DNA of 64,000 nucleotides from an uncultured Proteiniphilum sp. (GCA_964384545.1 CAYLKV010000009.1:13619-77618); one strand, 5' to 3'. Positions 21,619-30,694 are shown, counted from the stretch's first letter. A program made the numbers and translations. Notes: generated by a model not told the origin, from the letters alone.

Positions 21619-24066
21619 TTATGCAATATCAATAACAGTTATTCCTGCACCACCAAACTGAACATGCTCGTCGCGATACCCTGATACCCCTTTAACAGAA
21701 GAGAGATAATCCCTGATAATCTGTCGCAAAGCACCCGTTCCTGTACCATGCAACACTCTCACCCTCGAGATACCAAGCTGAATAGCATCGTCAATAAAAT
21801 ATATCACAGCCTGAAGCGCCTCATCTCCCCTCATGCCCCTCACATCGATATCCTGCTTAAAATTCAGCTTTCTCTCATGCAGCAAGTCGCGAGTATTCGA
21901 CGCCTTTTTCTCCTTCTTAATCTGGTTACTGCTCACCACCTCAAGCTTAGCAACATCAACAGTCGATTTTATCATACCAAAAGCAACCGTCGCCTTCTTA
22001 CCGGCCACCTCCAGCACCTCGCCATAGGTAGTCTGCCCCTCCAGCCTCACGAAATCACCAGGTTTCAGCATATTTACGGTCTCACTCTTTTTAGTAGCCA
22101 CCTCCTTTTTCTTCTGAGCACGCTTGTTGCCCTTTTTATTCGGGGCACCACCCTGCAGGCTATCATCAGCTGCAACCGATTCAAGCTGCTCCTTAAAACT
22201 GCCAATCTTCTGTCGCGCCAGTTTAGTCCTCTCTTTATCAGCCTTCGCCTCCTTTATCTCCCTAACCGTATTCTCAATCAGCGCATTACTCTCAGAAATA
22301 ATCTGTTCGGCCTGTTTCTTAGCCTCAGCAATAATCAGCTTTTTCTGCTTATTAATATCTTCAAGCTCAGTCTCATACTTCGATGTAACACCCTCAAGAC
22401 GTTTACTTTCACGCCTAATCTCATCGCGCTTACGCTCCCAGTAGCGCCTATCCCTCGAAATATCTTGAAGATACTTATCCATATTAATATATTCGCTCCC
22501 CACAATCTCCGAGGCATACGAAATAACAGCATCGGGGAGGCCAATATTTCTGGCAATCTCTACAGCAAAAGAGCTTCCGGGGTTACCAATAGAGAGTTGA
22601 AACAGAGGCTTCATCTCATGTCTGTCGTACAACATGGCACCATTTACAACACCCTCATGCTCATTTGCAAAGTGTTTGAGATTCTGATAGTGAGTGGTGA
22701 TAACACCAAAAGATTCCTTTTTATTAAACCTATCGAGCAGCGCCTCTGCAATAGCAGCCCCAATCTGTGGCTCGGTACCACTACCAAACTCGTCGATGAG
22801 AAGGAGTGACTTACAATTGCAATATCTGTCGAAATATTTCATATTCATCAAGTGAGAGCTGTATGTGGACAAATCATTCTCAATCGACTGCTCATCACCA
22901 ATATCTATAAAAATATCATTAAAAATACCCACTGTGGAGTTCTCCTTCACCGGAATCAATATACCACACTGTACCATATATTGCAGCAGACCAACTGTTT
23001 TGAGGCAGACCGACTTACCACCGGCGTTTGGTCCTGAAATTACCAATAACCTCTTATTGCCCTCAAGTGTGATATCGAGCGGTACCAACTTCCTGTTCTG
23101 CTTCTTAAGAGCAATATCGAGCAGCGGGTGAATAGCATGCACCCAGTCGATTTTCTGAGCATCCTCCATCGGTGGTCTTATTCCACCTATATATATAGCA
23201 AACGATGCCTTAGCCTGAATAAAATCAATCTTCGATAAGAACTCATACGAATCGAGAAGCTCCGGCAAGAATGGACGCAAGTAATTGGTGAAGTCGGTCA
23301 GAATCTTTATAATCTCCCTTCTCTCTTCACTCTCAAGCTCCCTGATGCGATTATTGGCCTCCACTACCTCCGACGGCTCAATAAAGACTGTCTTTCCAGA
23401 GGCCGACTCATCGTGCACAATTCCCTTGATCTTACGTTTATGTGAAGGGTTTACAGGAATAACAAGCCTCCCGTCGCGCATACTGGGCGATACATCCTTA
23501 TCTACATACCCCTCAGCCTGAGCCTTTCGCAAAATCGAGTTAAGACTGCTTGAGATAGAGCTCAATGTTCTGCTCAACTCACGTCTGATAGATGATAAGT
23601 TGGGCGAAGCATTATCTCTAATCTGCCCAAAATTATCCAGAATATGATCAATCTTTTTAGTTATATCAGGAAATGTAACTACACCCTCGGCCAGAAGCAT
23701 CAGTTGGGGATACTTAACTACCTTCTCCTCGCCCCGGCTAAGAAAGCCAACAATACCATTTATTGTGAGAAGCGACTTGCGCAGCTCTGTCAAAGAATTC
23801 AGCTCAATCCACGAGCCGGCAGCCTTTATTCTTTTAAGCACCGGTCGCAAATCATAAAAACTATCCAAAGGAAAATTGTCCTCCTCATTCTTAATCCTCA
23901 CAAACTCCTCATCTTGAGCAAGAAGCATTTGAATCTCCTCAAAAGATACAGAGAATTTCATCTCGTCAACCTTCTCTCTGCCCAGCGTGCTGAGGCATCG
24001 GTCGCTTATAAGCTGACGAACCTTATGAAAATCTATCTTATTTTCAAAACTATCGGGATATATCAC
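21619..24066 (-). CDS. mutS2: Endonuclease MutS2 (MutS domain + C-terminal Smr)
   Basis: 815 aa. Walker A ISGPNAGGKSV, DEFGSGTEP Walker B, C-terminal Smr DIDVRGMRGDEAL...VLHGTGTGALR. Confidence 0.92.
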   Translation of the reverse strand: MIYPDSFENKIDFHKVRQLISDRCLSTLGREKVDEMKFSVSFEEIQMLLAQDEEFVRIKNEEDNFPLDSFYDLRPVLKRIKAAGSWIELNSLTELRKSLLTINGIVGFLSRGEEKVVKYPQLMLLAEGVVTFPDITKKIDHILDNFGQIRDNASPNLSSIRRELSRTLSSISSSLNSILRKAQAEGYVDKDVSPSMRDGRLVIPVNPSHKRKIKGIVHDESASGKTVFIEPSEVVEANNRIRELESEERREIIKILTDFTNYLRPFLPELLDSYEFLSKIDFIQAKASFAIYIGGIRPPMEDAQKIDWVHAIHPLLDIALKKQNRKLVPLDITLEGNKRLLVISGPNAGGKSVCLKTVGLLQYMVQCGILIPVKENSTVGIFNDIFIDIGDEQSIENDLSTYSSHLMNMKYFDRYCNCKSLLLIDEFGSGTEPQIGAAIAEALLDRFNKKESFGVITTHYQNLKHFANEHEGVVNGAMLYDRHEMKPLFQLSIGNPGSSFAVEIARNIGLPDAVISYASEIVGSEYINMDKYLQDISRDRRYWERKRDEIRRESKRLEGVTSKYETELEDINKQKKLIIAEAKKQAEQIISESNALIENTVREIKEAKADKERTKLARQKIGSFKEQLESVAADDSLQGGAPNKKGNKRAQKKKEVATKKSETVNMLKPGDFVRLEGQTTYGEVLEVAGKKATVAFGMIKSTVDVAKLEVVSSNQIKKEKKASNTRDLLHERKLNFKQDIDVRGMRGDEALQAVIYFIDDAIQLGISRVRVLHGTGTGALRQIIRDYLSSVKGVSGYRDEHVQFGGAGITVIDIA

Positions 24067-24214
24067 AAACTAAAAATCGAAAATTGTTTTTAAAACTTTT
24101 AAAGACACAAAATTACAATTTTTACATTAATATTCATTATCAATAATAGCACATATACCACTATTGAACAATAAAAAGTTTAGTCCAGATATTGCATTAT
24201 ATAAAAATATATAC

Positions 24215-24222
24215 TACTTTTG
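24215..24222 (+). promoter_or_regulatory. -7 promoter box TACTTTTG for the tRNA gene
   Basis: Exact TAnnTTTG match; the box ends 13 nt upstream of the tRNA 5' end. Confidence 0.5.
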
Positions 24223-24234
24223 CACTTCAAATTT

Positions 24235-24308
24235 GGCGAGATAGCTCAGTTGGTTAGAGCGCATGATTCATAATCATGAGGTCGGGGGATCATGCCCCCC
24301 TCTCGCTA
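24235..24308 (+). tRNA. tRNA with CAT anticodon (elongator Met, or Ile2 if lysidine-modified); non-canonical T loop
   Basis: Manual cloverleaf: acceptor GGCGAGA/TCTCGCT (G1-T72 wobble), D arm GCTC-AGTTGGTTA-GAGC, anticodon arm CATGA-TTCATAA-TCATG, variable AGGTC, T arm GGGGG-ATCATGC-CCCCC, discriminator A. No encoded CCA. Confidence 0.75.
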
Positions 24309-24334
24309 CTAGATTGAAACTTACTACTTAAAAA

Positions 24335-24366
24335 AGGACCCAAGCTAAAGCGAAGGTCCTTTTTTC
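24335..24366 (+). terminator. Putative terminator after the tRNA
   Basis: AGGACC / GGTCCT stem with a 14-nt loop, followed by a T run. Confidence 0.4.
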
Positions 24367-24571
24367 TATTTGTTAATCATCAATGTAATCAAGCACGCAC
24401 AAAATGAGATGACCAATCATCCATGTTTGAGTACCAATTGAAACATTATAAAATGATATTGTATTCAAAGTCAATTCAAAAGAACATACCAAAGTTATTT
24501 ATATAAATGCTTTAAATTGTTTATCAGATGGAGTGAATGGATGGTTAGGAACAAACAGTCTATAGATATGT

Positions 24572-24663
24572 AATTCTTATTTACCTAAGCTCTATTTCAC
24601 TTCTTTGTAAAGGGAGTTTAAAAGGAGAATATAGGGACAAGATAATAGCTAGGTATGAATGTG
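24572..24663 (+). repeat. Copy A of a roughly 90-nt structured intergenic element (copy B at 58196-58283)
   Basis: Same-strand similarity to 58196-58283: shared blocks AATTCTTA, CTATTT, CTTT-TAAAG-GAGTTTAAA-GG-GAA, TAGGG. Folds as a nested hairpin. Confidence 0.5.
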
Positions 24664-24755
24664 GTTAGTACAATCTCAAAATAAATAGCCCGAATCTACA
24701 TTCACCCATAAAGCAAAGATAATTCAGGACTATTTAATAAATTGTTACAACAGAA

Positions 24756-26357
24756 TCAGTCCTTCACACACCTAACTGAGACTGCAAAATCTTTTGAACC
24801 GGTAATAAAAGCAAAGTTGTTATCGTTGCTTTCAACAACTGCAACTCTCATTTCAGTAGCACTTACAATATCTGATGTGAGCCAATATCCGGTTGTAGAG
24901 AGATTGCTGTAATAGGGAGCACTATTAATACGCGCGCCTCCCGGTCGTGCTGTAAACCCATACTCATTTGTAAATGATGAATTACCAGTGCTCCACCATA
25001 GTTGATCTTTGAGTTTAAAGCCCGGATTAGTACCTACATAGTTTATCAGCTGCTGCCATTATGCTGAGCTTGGCAGATGCCATCCTTCGGGACAGATACC
25101 CTTTACTCCACTAGGATTTGCATTGCTACCTGTTTCACCCTCTAATGCTGCACTCCAGTTATACAATATACCGGTGAGAGAAAATGCCTGCAACGCTTCG
25201 GGATCTACAAAATCTCCCGTAAACCCATAAACATAATAGTATGGGATTGTATTTGATCCAATCTGCGGTTCTGATATATCCTCATCGAAAGGATAAAATT
25301 TGAGGTTTTCGGCCATCCAAATTTGATTGCCTATCTGCACAGTTTTATATGGCTGCCTATCTCGGCTATCAATATGCGTCTGTTTTACTATATTGCTAAA
25401 TGACAAGCTAGTACCGTTGTAAGATGCATAAAAATGAAACGCTTTACCAATTGCTGTTGGAGCCACTCTGGGGGGCTTAGAATCTGTTGTTACCAAAGTG
25501 CCACCGGAATAAGTAACTCTCAACTTTAGAGCAGGCCAATTATGATCACTTTGCCGAGAAGGAGGAAATCATCCCCACAGTTCAAGTATATCACTCGGTA
25601 AAATATTATCAGATTCGGCAGCAGCAAGAAAATGTAGCTGATTCGTAAATATTGTTGTTCCGTTTATAAAAACACCATTTACAACATCATACTTAACTGT
25701 ATTAACTCCATTATTCTGATGAGCATATAACACAGCACCAGGTGTATCTGTGAAGATATCTACACTTGATACTCCGTTTAGTGGAGTAGTACTATTATTC
25801 TCTAAAAAGATTTTAAAGAGAGAGCCTACATGGCGAAAAGTGACTGATATTACCGGATTTGCAATATTTATTCCGCTTGCTTCAAATCTTAGCATCACAA
25901 GCTGTTCGTCCTGCAAAAATGGCAATGCTGCAGCCCAGGGAGCGGCAGGTAAATTTACAAAAGAATCCTCTCCCTGTGTTGAAGAGAAAGATGCACTTCC
26001 AAATATGCCATACAGATCGAAAGTTTCAGATACTATTGAAGGAGGAATTTCCACATCAAACTGAGCTCTCTTTCCATCGTCTGAAACAGATGAAACGGAT
26101 GTTGTACTTTGAGCATAATTTGCTCCATCAAAAAATATCAACTTTATCATATCACCCTCTTCCCATGTGAATTTCATATCTAATCTATCTTGAGCCATGG
26201 CAAGTCTGGTTGACGATTCATCTTCCTCGACAGTTGCGCTAATTCTAATTTTTGTAACAGACTCCTCCTCTATTGGTTTGTCGGTTTGTAAAACATCCTC
26301 AGAGCAACCCAATAGTATGAGTAGGAGACCCATTAATAAATATTTTATTCTATTCAT
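24756..26357 (-). pseudogene. FISUMP-domain (Fibrobacter succinogenes major paralogous domain) lipoprotein gene interrupted by two in-frame stop codons
   Basis: Track ORFs 25569-26357 and 25059-25523 plus an unlisted continuation 24756-25058 are one frame. TGA at 25569-25571 (...ILELWG*FPPSRQ...) and TAA at 25059-25061 (...CPEGWHLPSSA*WQQLINYVG...). Lipobox LLILLGCSE. FISUMP hallmarks IGNQIWMAENL, YNW, CPEGWHLPS and C-terminal VSVRCVKD. Confidence 0.75.
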
Positions 26358-26405
26358 TATTCTATTTTTTATTGGTTTGTTATTATTGGGAAACTGTTAC
26401 TTATA

Positions 26406-26552
26406 TTACCACAATTCGCCAGGCATATCTTCAGTAGATCCTGCTTGCAATATATTCTGCTCTAGCACAATGTCGTATATCTCAATTGTAGGTGCCACAT
26501 ATTTAGTAGCATCGTCTTGTTCATTGTTATTTTCTTTCATAACGTTATTCAT
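26406..26552 (-). CDS. Candidate 48-aa acidic small protein (not in the ORF track)
   Basis: ATG at 26552 (alternative ATG at 26540), TAA at 26406-26408. MNNVMKENNNEQDDATKYVAPTIEIYDIVLEQNILQAGSTEDMPGELW. Lies 48 nt upstream of, and co-oriented with, the FISUMP lipoprotein gene. No homology check was possible. Confidence 0.35.
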   Translation of the reverse strand: MNNVMKENNNEQDDATKYVAPTIEIYDIVLEQNILQAGSTEDMPGELW

Positions 26553-26876
26553 TTAAAAGGATTTGTTAAGCTGTTTACATTTTTAATAATCACTTAAATA
26601 GTGTCTTAATAAGTTATTAAACACAGATATAAATAATAAACATCATTTTAGTTTTCATTTAAAATGTCTATTATTTTACGATAGCCTGAATTGAAAAAAT
26701 AATTGATAAAAATTATTTATGACAACACCTTAATTATTACTGCGATCTTAGTTATTTTTTTCGTATATTGTATTGCAAAGTAGATAATATTTCTTACTTT
26801 ATAGATATAATTTATGAATTATTTATGTAGCTTATAGTAAATTATGCTTTCTTTTAATTCATTTTAATGTTTTTCA

Positions 26877-27452
26877 ATGGAATATCTTCACTATAATATT
26901 GCAGGTCATAGTTTTATAATTGAAACTCCAGATTCTTTTGTAACAAAGACTCTAATCCCCACATTCGATAATTTTTTGAAAACGGATGGTGAAGAAGAGA
27001 GAGATGTTTTGTTCAGATTTATTGGGAATTGCAATATAGTTGTGCCGAAGTTGGATCCTGTTGAAGATATTATAACAGAGGGCATAAATTTTAAGGTGTA
27101 TATTGAGGGGGGTGTAACAACTGTATACCTGATTCGCATAATGAGCGACGGCACAATAAGAGTTTATGGAGCGCCATGGAGCGGCAGTACTCCTTGCTAC
27201 AGAAATATATTTGCAGACCTATCAGCTTTTGTCTTTTTGCAACAGAGCAGTGAAAACCTGCTTTATAAGCTTGATGGATTGACATCTTTTTCTGTATTGC
27301 TGAAATCGACTTCAATAATGAGGTGTGACAATAAAAACAGGTTAATGATAATATCTGTTATATATGAAATTTTGGAGAAAGCTTCGGTTTACAGGCTTAA
27401 TAATCGCCCTGAAAAAGAGGCTGTTGCACTTAGCAAAACTTTGTTGATTTAA
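26877..27452 (+). CDS. Hypothetical protein; C-terminal half resembles the HPr-kinase/PEPCK-like P-loop proteins that accompany PqqD genes in Bacteroidetes, but no Walker A motif is present
   Basis: 191 aa. DGTIRVYGAPWSGSTPCYRN resembles the GxPWSGxTPCY segment I recall from that family. No GxxGxGK[ST] anywhere. First gene of a 3-gene plus-strand unit. Confidence 0.45.
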   Translation: MEYLHYNIAGHSFIIETPDSFVTKTLIPTFDNFLKTDGEEERDVLFRFIGNCNIVVPKLDPVEDIITEGINFKVYIEGGVTTVYLIRIMSDGTIRVYGAPWSGSTPCYRNIFADLSAFVFLQQSSENLLYKLDGLTSFSVLLKSTSIMRCDNKNRLMIISVIYEILEKASVYRLNNRPEKEAVALSKTLLI

Positions 27453-27480
27453 AATTGTGTCATAAATAAATTATAAAGTT

Positions 27481-27750
27481 ATGAAAATAAAAGACAATCT
27501 GTTTGTCCGTCAAATAGGAAAGGAGTATTTGATGGTGTCGGAGAGTGGATCGGGTCTTAACTATACACGTGTAATAAGCCTGAACTACACTGCTGCTTTT
27601 CTTGTTGAGAAGGTTGGCAACAAAAGTTTTACCAGAGAAGATTGGGTTGAAATGCTTGTCCAGAAATATAGCATATCTAGAGAACTTGCTAACAAAGATG
27701 TAGATAATTTGATTAAAAAACTTAAAAAAGAGAATCTGCTTGAAGACTGA
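27481..27750 (+). CDS. PqqD-family (RiPP recognition element-like) small protein
   Basis: 89 aa. ...FVRQIGKEYLMVSESG...VISLNYTAAFLVEKV...FTREDWVEMLVQKYSISRELANKDVDNLIKKL fits the PqqD-like beta-strand plus winged-helix pattern. Confidence 0.65.
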   Translation: MKIKDNLFVRQIGKEYLMVSESGSGLNYTRVISLNYTAAFLVEKVGNKSFTREDWVEMLVQKYSISRELANKDVDNLIKKLKKENLLED

Positions 27751-29362
27751 AATAAATTTCTTACGCTTTATAACAAAAGGCTTTAAATCGAAAATTGGAC
27801 TAATCGTACTTATAGAATTGGCAGAGGTTTTATTTTCGCTCGCCTTTGTTTGGTTTTCAAAAGTTGTAATTGATATCGCCACGGGAGAGAGACTAAACAA
27901 CCTCTTCTACTACTCTATATTGTTAATATCGATTGTTGTTCTGCAGATTATACTCAGAATGTTTGATATAAAGATGCGCAGAATGAGTGAGGTTAGACTT
28001 GGAAATTCAATTAGATATAGTGTCTTCTCGCGCCTTTTGTATTCGCGTTGGCAAGAGTTGTCGAAGGTTCACAGTGGCGATATGCTCACCAGAATCATTA
28101 AAGATACAGATGATGTGGTAAATATGCTTGTAACCGCTCTGCCACTCTCAATTGCAGCCATTACACAGTTTGCCGGTGCATTGGTAATTCTCTTTATTTT
28201 AGACCCTATGCTGGCTCTGATTATTGGAATTGGCATACCTCTACTTACACTTTTTGCACGGATGTACTATACGAAGATGCGCAAATATACTGTTGAGGTT
28301 AAGGAGAATGAGAGTGTGATTAATTCAATGGTTGAGGAGAGTTTAATGAATCAGGTTGTGATTCGCACTTTTGAGAGGCAGGAAAGCGAACTAAGCAGGC
28401 TTGAGAAATTGCAAACAAAACTGCATAACAGTGTTGAGAAGCGGACTAATGTTTCTGTCTTTGCTAATCTTATTATGGGTGCTACTTTTAGTGGAGGATA
28501 TATAACTGCTTTTATATGGAGTGCGTATGGACTTGCTGCTAAGACTATTACTTTTGGAACTGTAACTGCCTATCTGCAGCTGGTTAACAGGATTCAGCGT
28601 CCTCTCTTCGATCTTATTAGATTGCTTCCATCTATTGTATCTGCTAAAACGGCGGTTGAGAGATTGGTGTTTCTAACTGCATTTGAGTTGGAGAGCAATG
28701 AGGAGAAAATTATGCTTGATGGGAATATTACACTTAAAATGAATAATATTAAGTTTGCCTATACAAATGAAGGGAAGTGGTTGTTTTCGGACTTCTCAAT
28801 GGAGGTAAAGCCTGGCAGTATGGTTGCAATTACAGGAGAGACCGGGGCAGGAAAAACTACACTGTTACGCCTACTACTGGCACTTCTAAAACCTGAATCG
28901 GGAACTATAACTATTGAAAATGAGACTCAAACTGTTGAGGTTTCGGAAAGAACCAGATCTAATTTTGTATATGTTCCTCAGGGAAATTCGCTGTTTAGTG
29001 GTACGATAAGAGATAATCTGCTGTTGGGAAATTCTGATGCGAGTGACGAGGAACTGTTGCGAGTGCTTGAGATAGCTTCTGCTGCGTTTGTTGCTGAGCT
29101 GCCTGATGGTCTCGACACAAAACTTGGAGAGAATGGTGCAGGAATTTCTGAAGGTCAGGCTCAGAGAATAGCAATTGCCAGATCGTTGTTGCGACCAGGT
29201 AAAATATTACTTTTTGATGAAGCTACATCGGCTCTGGACGCGGAGACTGAACATAATTTGCTAGTTAATTTGAAGAGGGAGATTGGCAACAGAACTCTGA
29301 TTTTTATTACTCATCAGCCAGAGGTTGCATCGTTTTGTGATTACAGGTATAGTTTAAAGTAG
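27740..29362 (+). CDS. ABC exporter, fused permease + ATP-binding protein (MsbA/type I exporter-like); no C39 peptidase domain
   Basis: 540 aa. Six TM N-terminal half, Walker A GETGAGKTTLL, signature ISEGQAQRIAIARSL, Walker B ILLFDEATSALD. Overlaps the PqqD gene by 11 nt. Confidence 0.9.
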   Translation: MKTEINFLRFITKGFKSKIGLIVLIELAEVLFSLAFVWFSKVVIDIATGERLNNLFYYSILLISIVVLQIILRMFDIKMRRMSEVRLGNSIRYSVFSRLLYSRWQELSKVHSGDMLTRIIKDTDDVVNMLVTALPLSIAAITQFAGALVILFILDPMLALIIGIGIPLLTLFARMYYTKMRKYTVEVKENESVINSMVEESLMNQVVIRTFERQESELSRLEKLQTKLHNSVEKRTNVSVFANLIMGATFSGGYITAFIWSAYGLAAKTITFGTVTAYLQLVNRIQRPLFDLIRLLPSIVSAKTAVERLVFLTAFELESNEEKIMLDGNITLKMNNIKFAYTNEGKWLFSDFSMEVKPGSMVAITGETGAGKTTLLRLLLALLKPESGTITIENETQTVEVSERTRSNFVYVPQGNSLFSGTIRDNLLLGNSDASDEELLRVLEIASAAFVAELPDGLDTKLGENGAGISEGQAQRIAIARSLLRPGKILLFDEATSALDAETEHNLLVNLKREIGNRTLIFITHQPEVASFCDYRYSLK

Positions 29363-29455
29363 TTGGAGCTTGAATTGGAGTTATAATTTGAATTAGACTT
29401 TATTTTGATGCCGATAAGTATCAATTGAAACTCATTTGAAATTATAAATCGTAAA

Positions 29456-30694
29456 CTACCGCTCCAATAAACTATTATAAAGAGTAACCATTTTCTTTGC
29501 CTTCTCATCCCATGATAGTTCGAGCTGCAACTGTTTACAATTGACCGACATCTCCTCTAAAAGTGGTCTGTTTGAATAAAACATATTTAGGAGCTTGGCA
29601 AATTCGCCGACCGCCTGTTGCGGGTTACACAGAGAAATTTTACGCCCTACACTATCATTGATAACTGCACCAAATCCACAAGCATCGAAGCAGAGAACCG
29701 GCAGACGGTTGCTTATTGCTTCAAGAACTACTGTGGACGTATCTTCACTAACACTGGTAAAGAAGAACAGATGTGCATTGCGCATTGCCTGCTGAACAGT
29801 TGCATTGGGCTGATTACCATGCCAGACAACCTGATCTGTTATATTTAATGAGGTGGTCAATTCCTTAAGTTCTCTCTCCTGCCTTTCACTTCCTTCGCCA
29901 TATATATTTAGAATAACATCTCTATTTCCTGCAGCCTCCAGTGATCTTAGTGCTAATGGAAGTTGCTTTCTGAAATCGAACTTACCCACCCACATCAGGT
30001 TGAGCTTATCGGAGTAGAACCTATCTGTTGGCACATCATCTGAGATAAAAGTACCTGTTTCGGGAATAAGGACTGAATTTAAATTCTTATGTTTTTTAAT
30101 CGCTTTTTGAGAATCGGGAATTGAACTGATAAGCAGTTTGGCATGCTTTAGAGCTCTGTTTACTCTGTAATCATATTTCAACTGAAACAGACTGATAATA
30201 TTTTTAAGTCGGTTAAATAATACAATCTTTTTTCCGGCACCATTTAGAAAAGCAACGGGAAATTGCTTTAAACCGCCAATTGGCCCCCATACAAATGGAA
30301 TTCTTTTAATTCTCCATAAATAGCCCGGTTCTCTAAAACCAATCATGTTTAACTGGTGTATGATATCTATATCATTCTCTGAAATAATATTCTTTGCAAT
30401 TTGTAGAGCTCTCTTTTGCCACTTTTTATAATAGGTATAAAACCTCCAGTCACCCTGATTTCTGGCCATCTCTCTCACCTGCTCAGACACAGGGTTATAA
30501 TAAAATATCAGATTCTCTCTATATGGTAATTTAGAGACGGCATCTTCAATTTTAGGTTTAAATTCCTCTTCAGTTACAATATGCAATTCGCAATATTTTG
30601 CCAAATGGATGCACCAGTTCCATCCCATACCCGGTTCACTTCCCCTTTCGGGTGAACATGCATATGCATTAACAAGAACTTTTATTTTACTCAT
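29456..30694 (-). CDS. Glycosyltransferase family 4 (GT-B); last gene of the polysaccharide operon
   Basis: 412 aa. N-terminal KVLVNAYACSPERGSEPGMGW, C-terminal ...FFFTSVSEDTSTVVLEAISNRLPVLCFDACGFG (EX7E-like region). Confidence 0.85.
   Translation of the reverse strand: MSKIKVLVNAYACSPERGSEPGMGWNWCIHLAKYCELHIVTEEEFKPKIEDAVSKLPYRENLIFYYNPVSEQVREMARNQGDWRFYTYYKKWQKRALQIAKNIISENDIDIIHQLNMIGFREPGYLWRIKRIPFVWGPIGGLKQFPVAFLNGAGKKIVLFNRLKNIISLFQLKYDYRVNRALKHAKLLISSIPDSQKAIKKHKNLNSVLIPETGTFISDDVPTDRFYSDKLNLMWVGKFDFRKQLPLALRSLEAAGNRDVILNIYGEGSERQERELKELTTSLNITDQVVWHGNQPNATVQQAMRNAHLFFFTSVSEDTSTVVLEAISNRLPVLCFDACGFGAVINDSVGRKISLCNPQQAVGEFAKLLNMFYSNRPLLEEMSVNCKQLQLELSWDEKAKKMVTLYNSLLER

Noticed and set aside
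21748-22809. 353-aa plus-strand ORF, plus several shorter ones, antisense to mutS2.
   Set aside because: It is Leu/Ser/Ile-rich, low-complexity sequence on the reverse strand of a gene with unmistakable MutS2 motifs. This is a typical shadow ORF in AT-rich DNA.
26197-26556. 119-aa plus-strand ORF spanning the start of the FISUMP gene and the upstream spacer.
   Set aside because: It is antisense to the lipoprotein signal sequence and to the better-supported 48-aa minus-strand ORF, and has no motifs.
27460-27900. 146-aa minus-strand ORF opposite the PqqD-like gene and the ABC exporter start.
   Set aside because: It is a shadow ORF. The plus-strand genes have clear family signatures and operon-like spacing.
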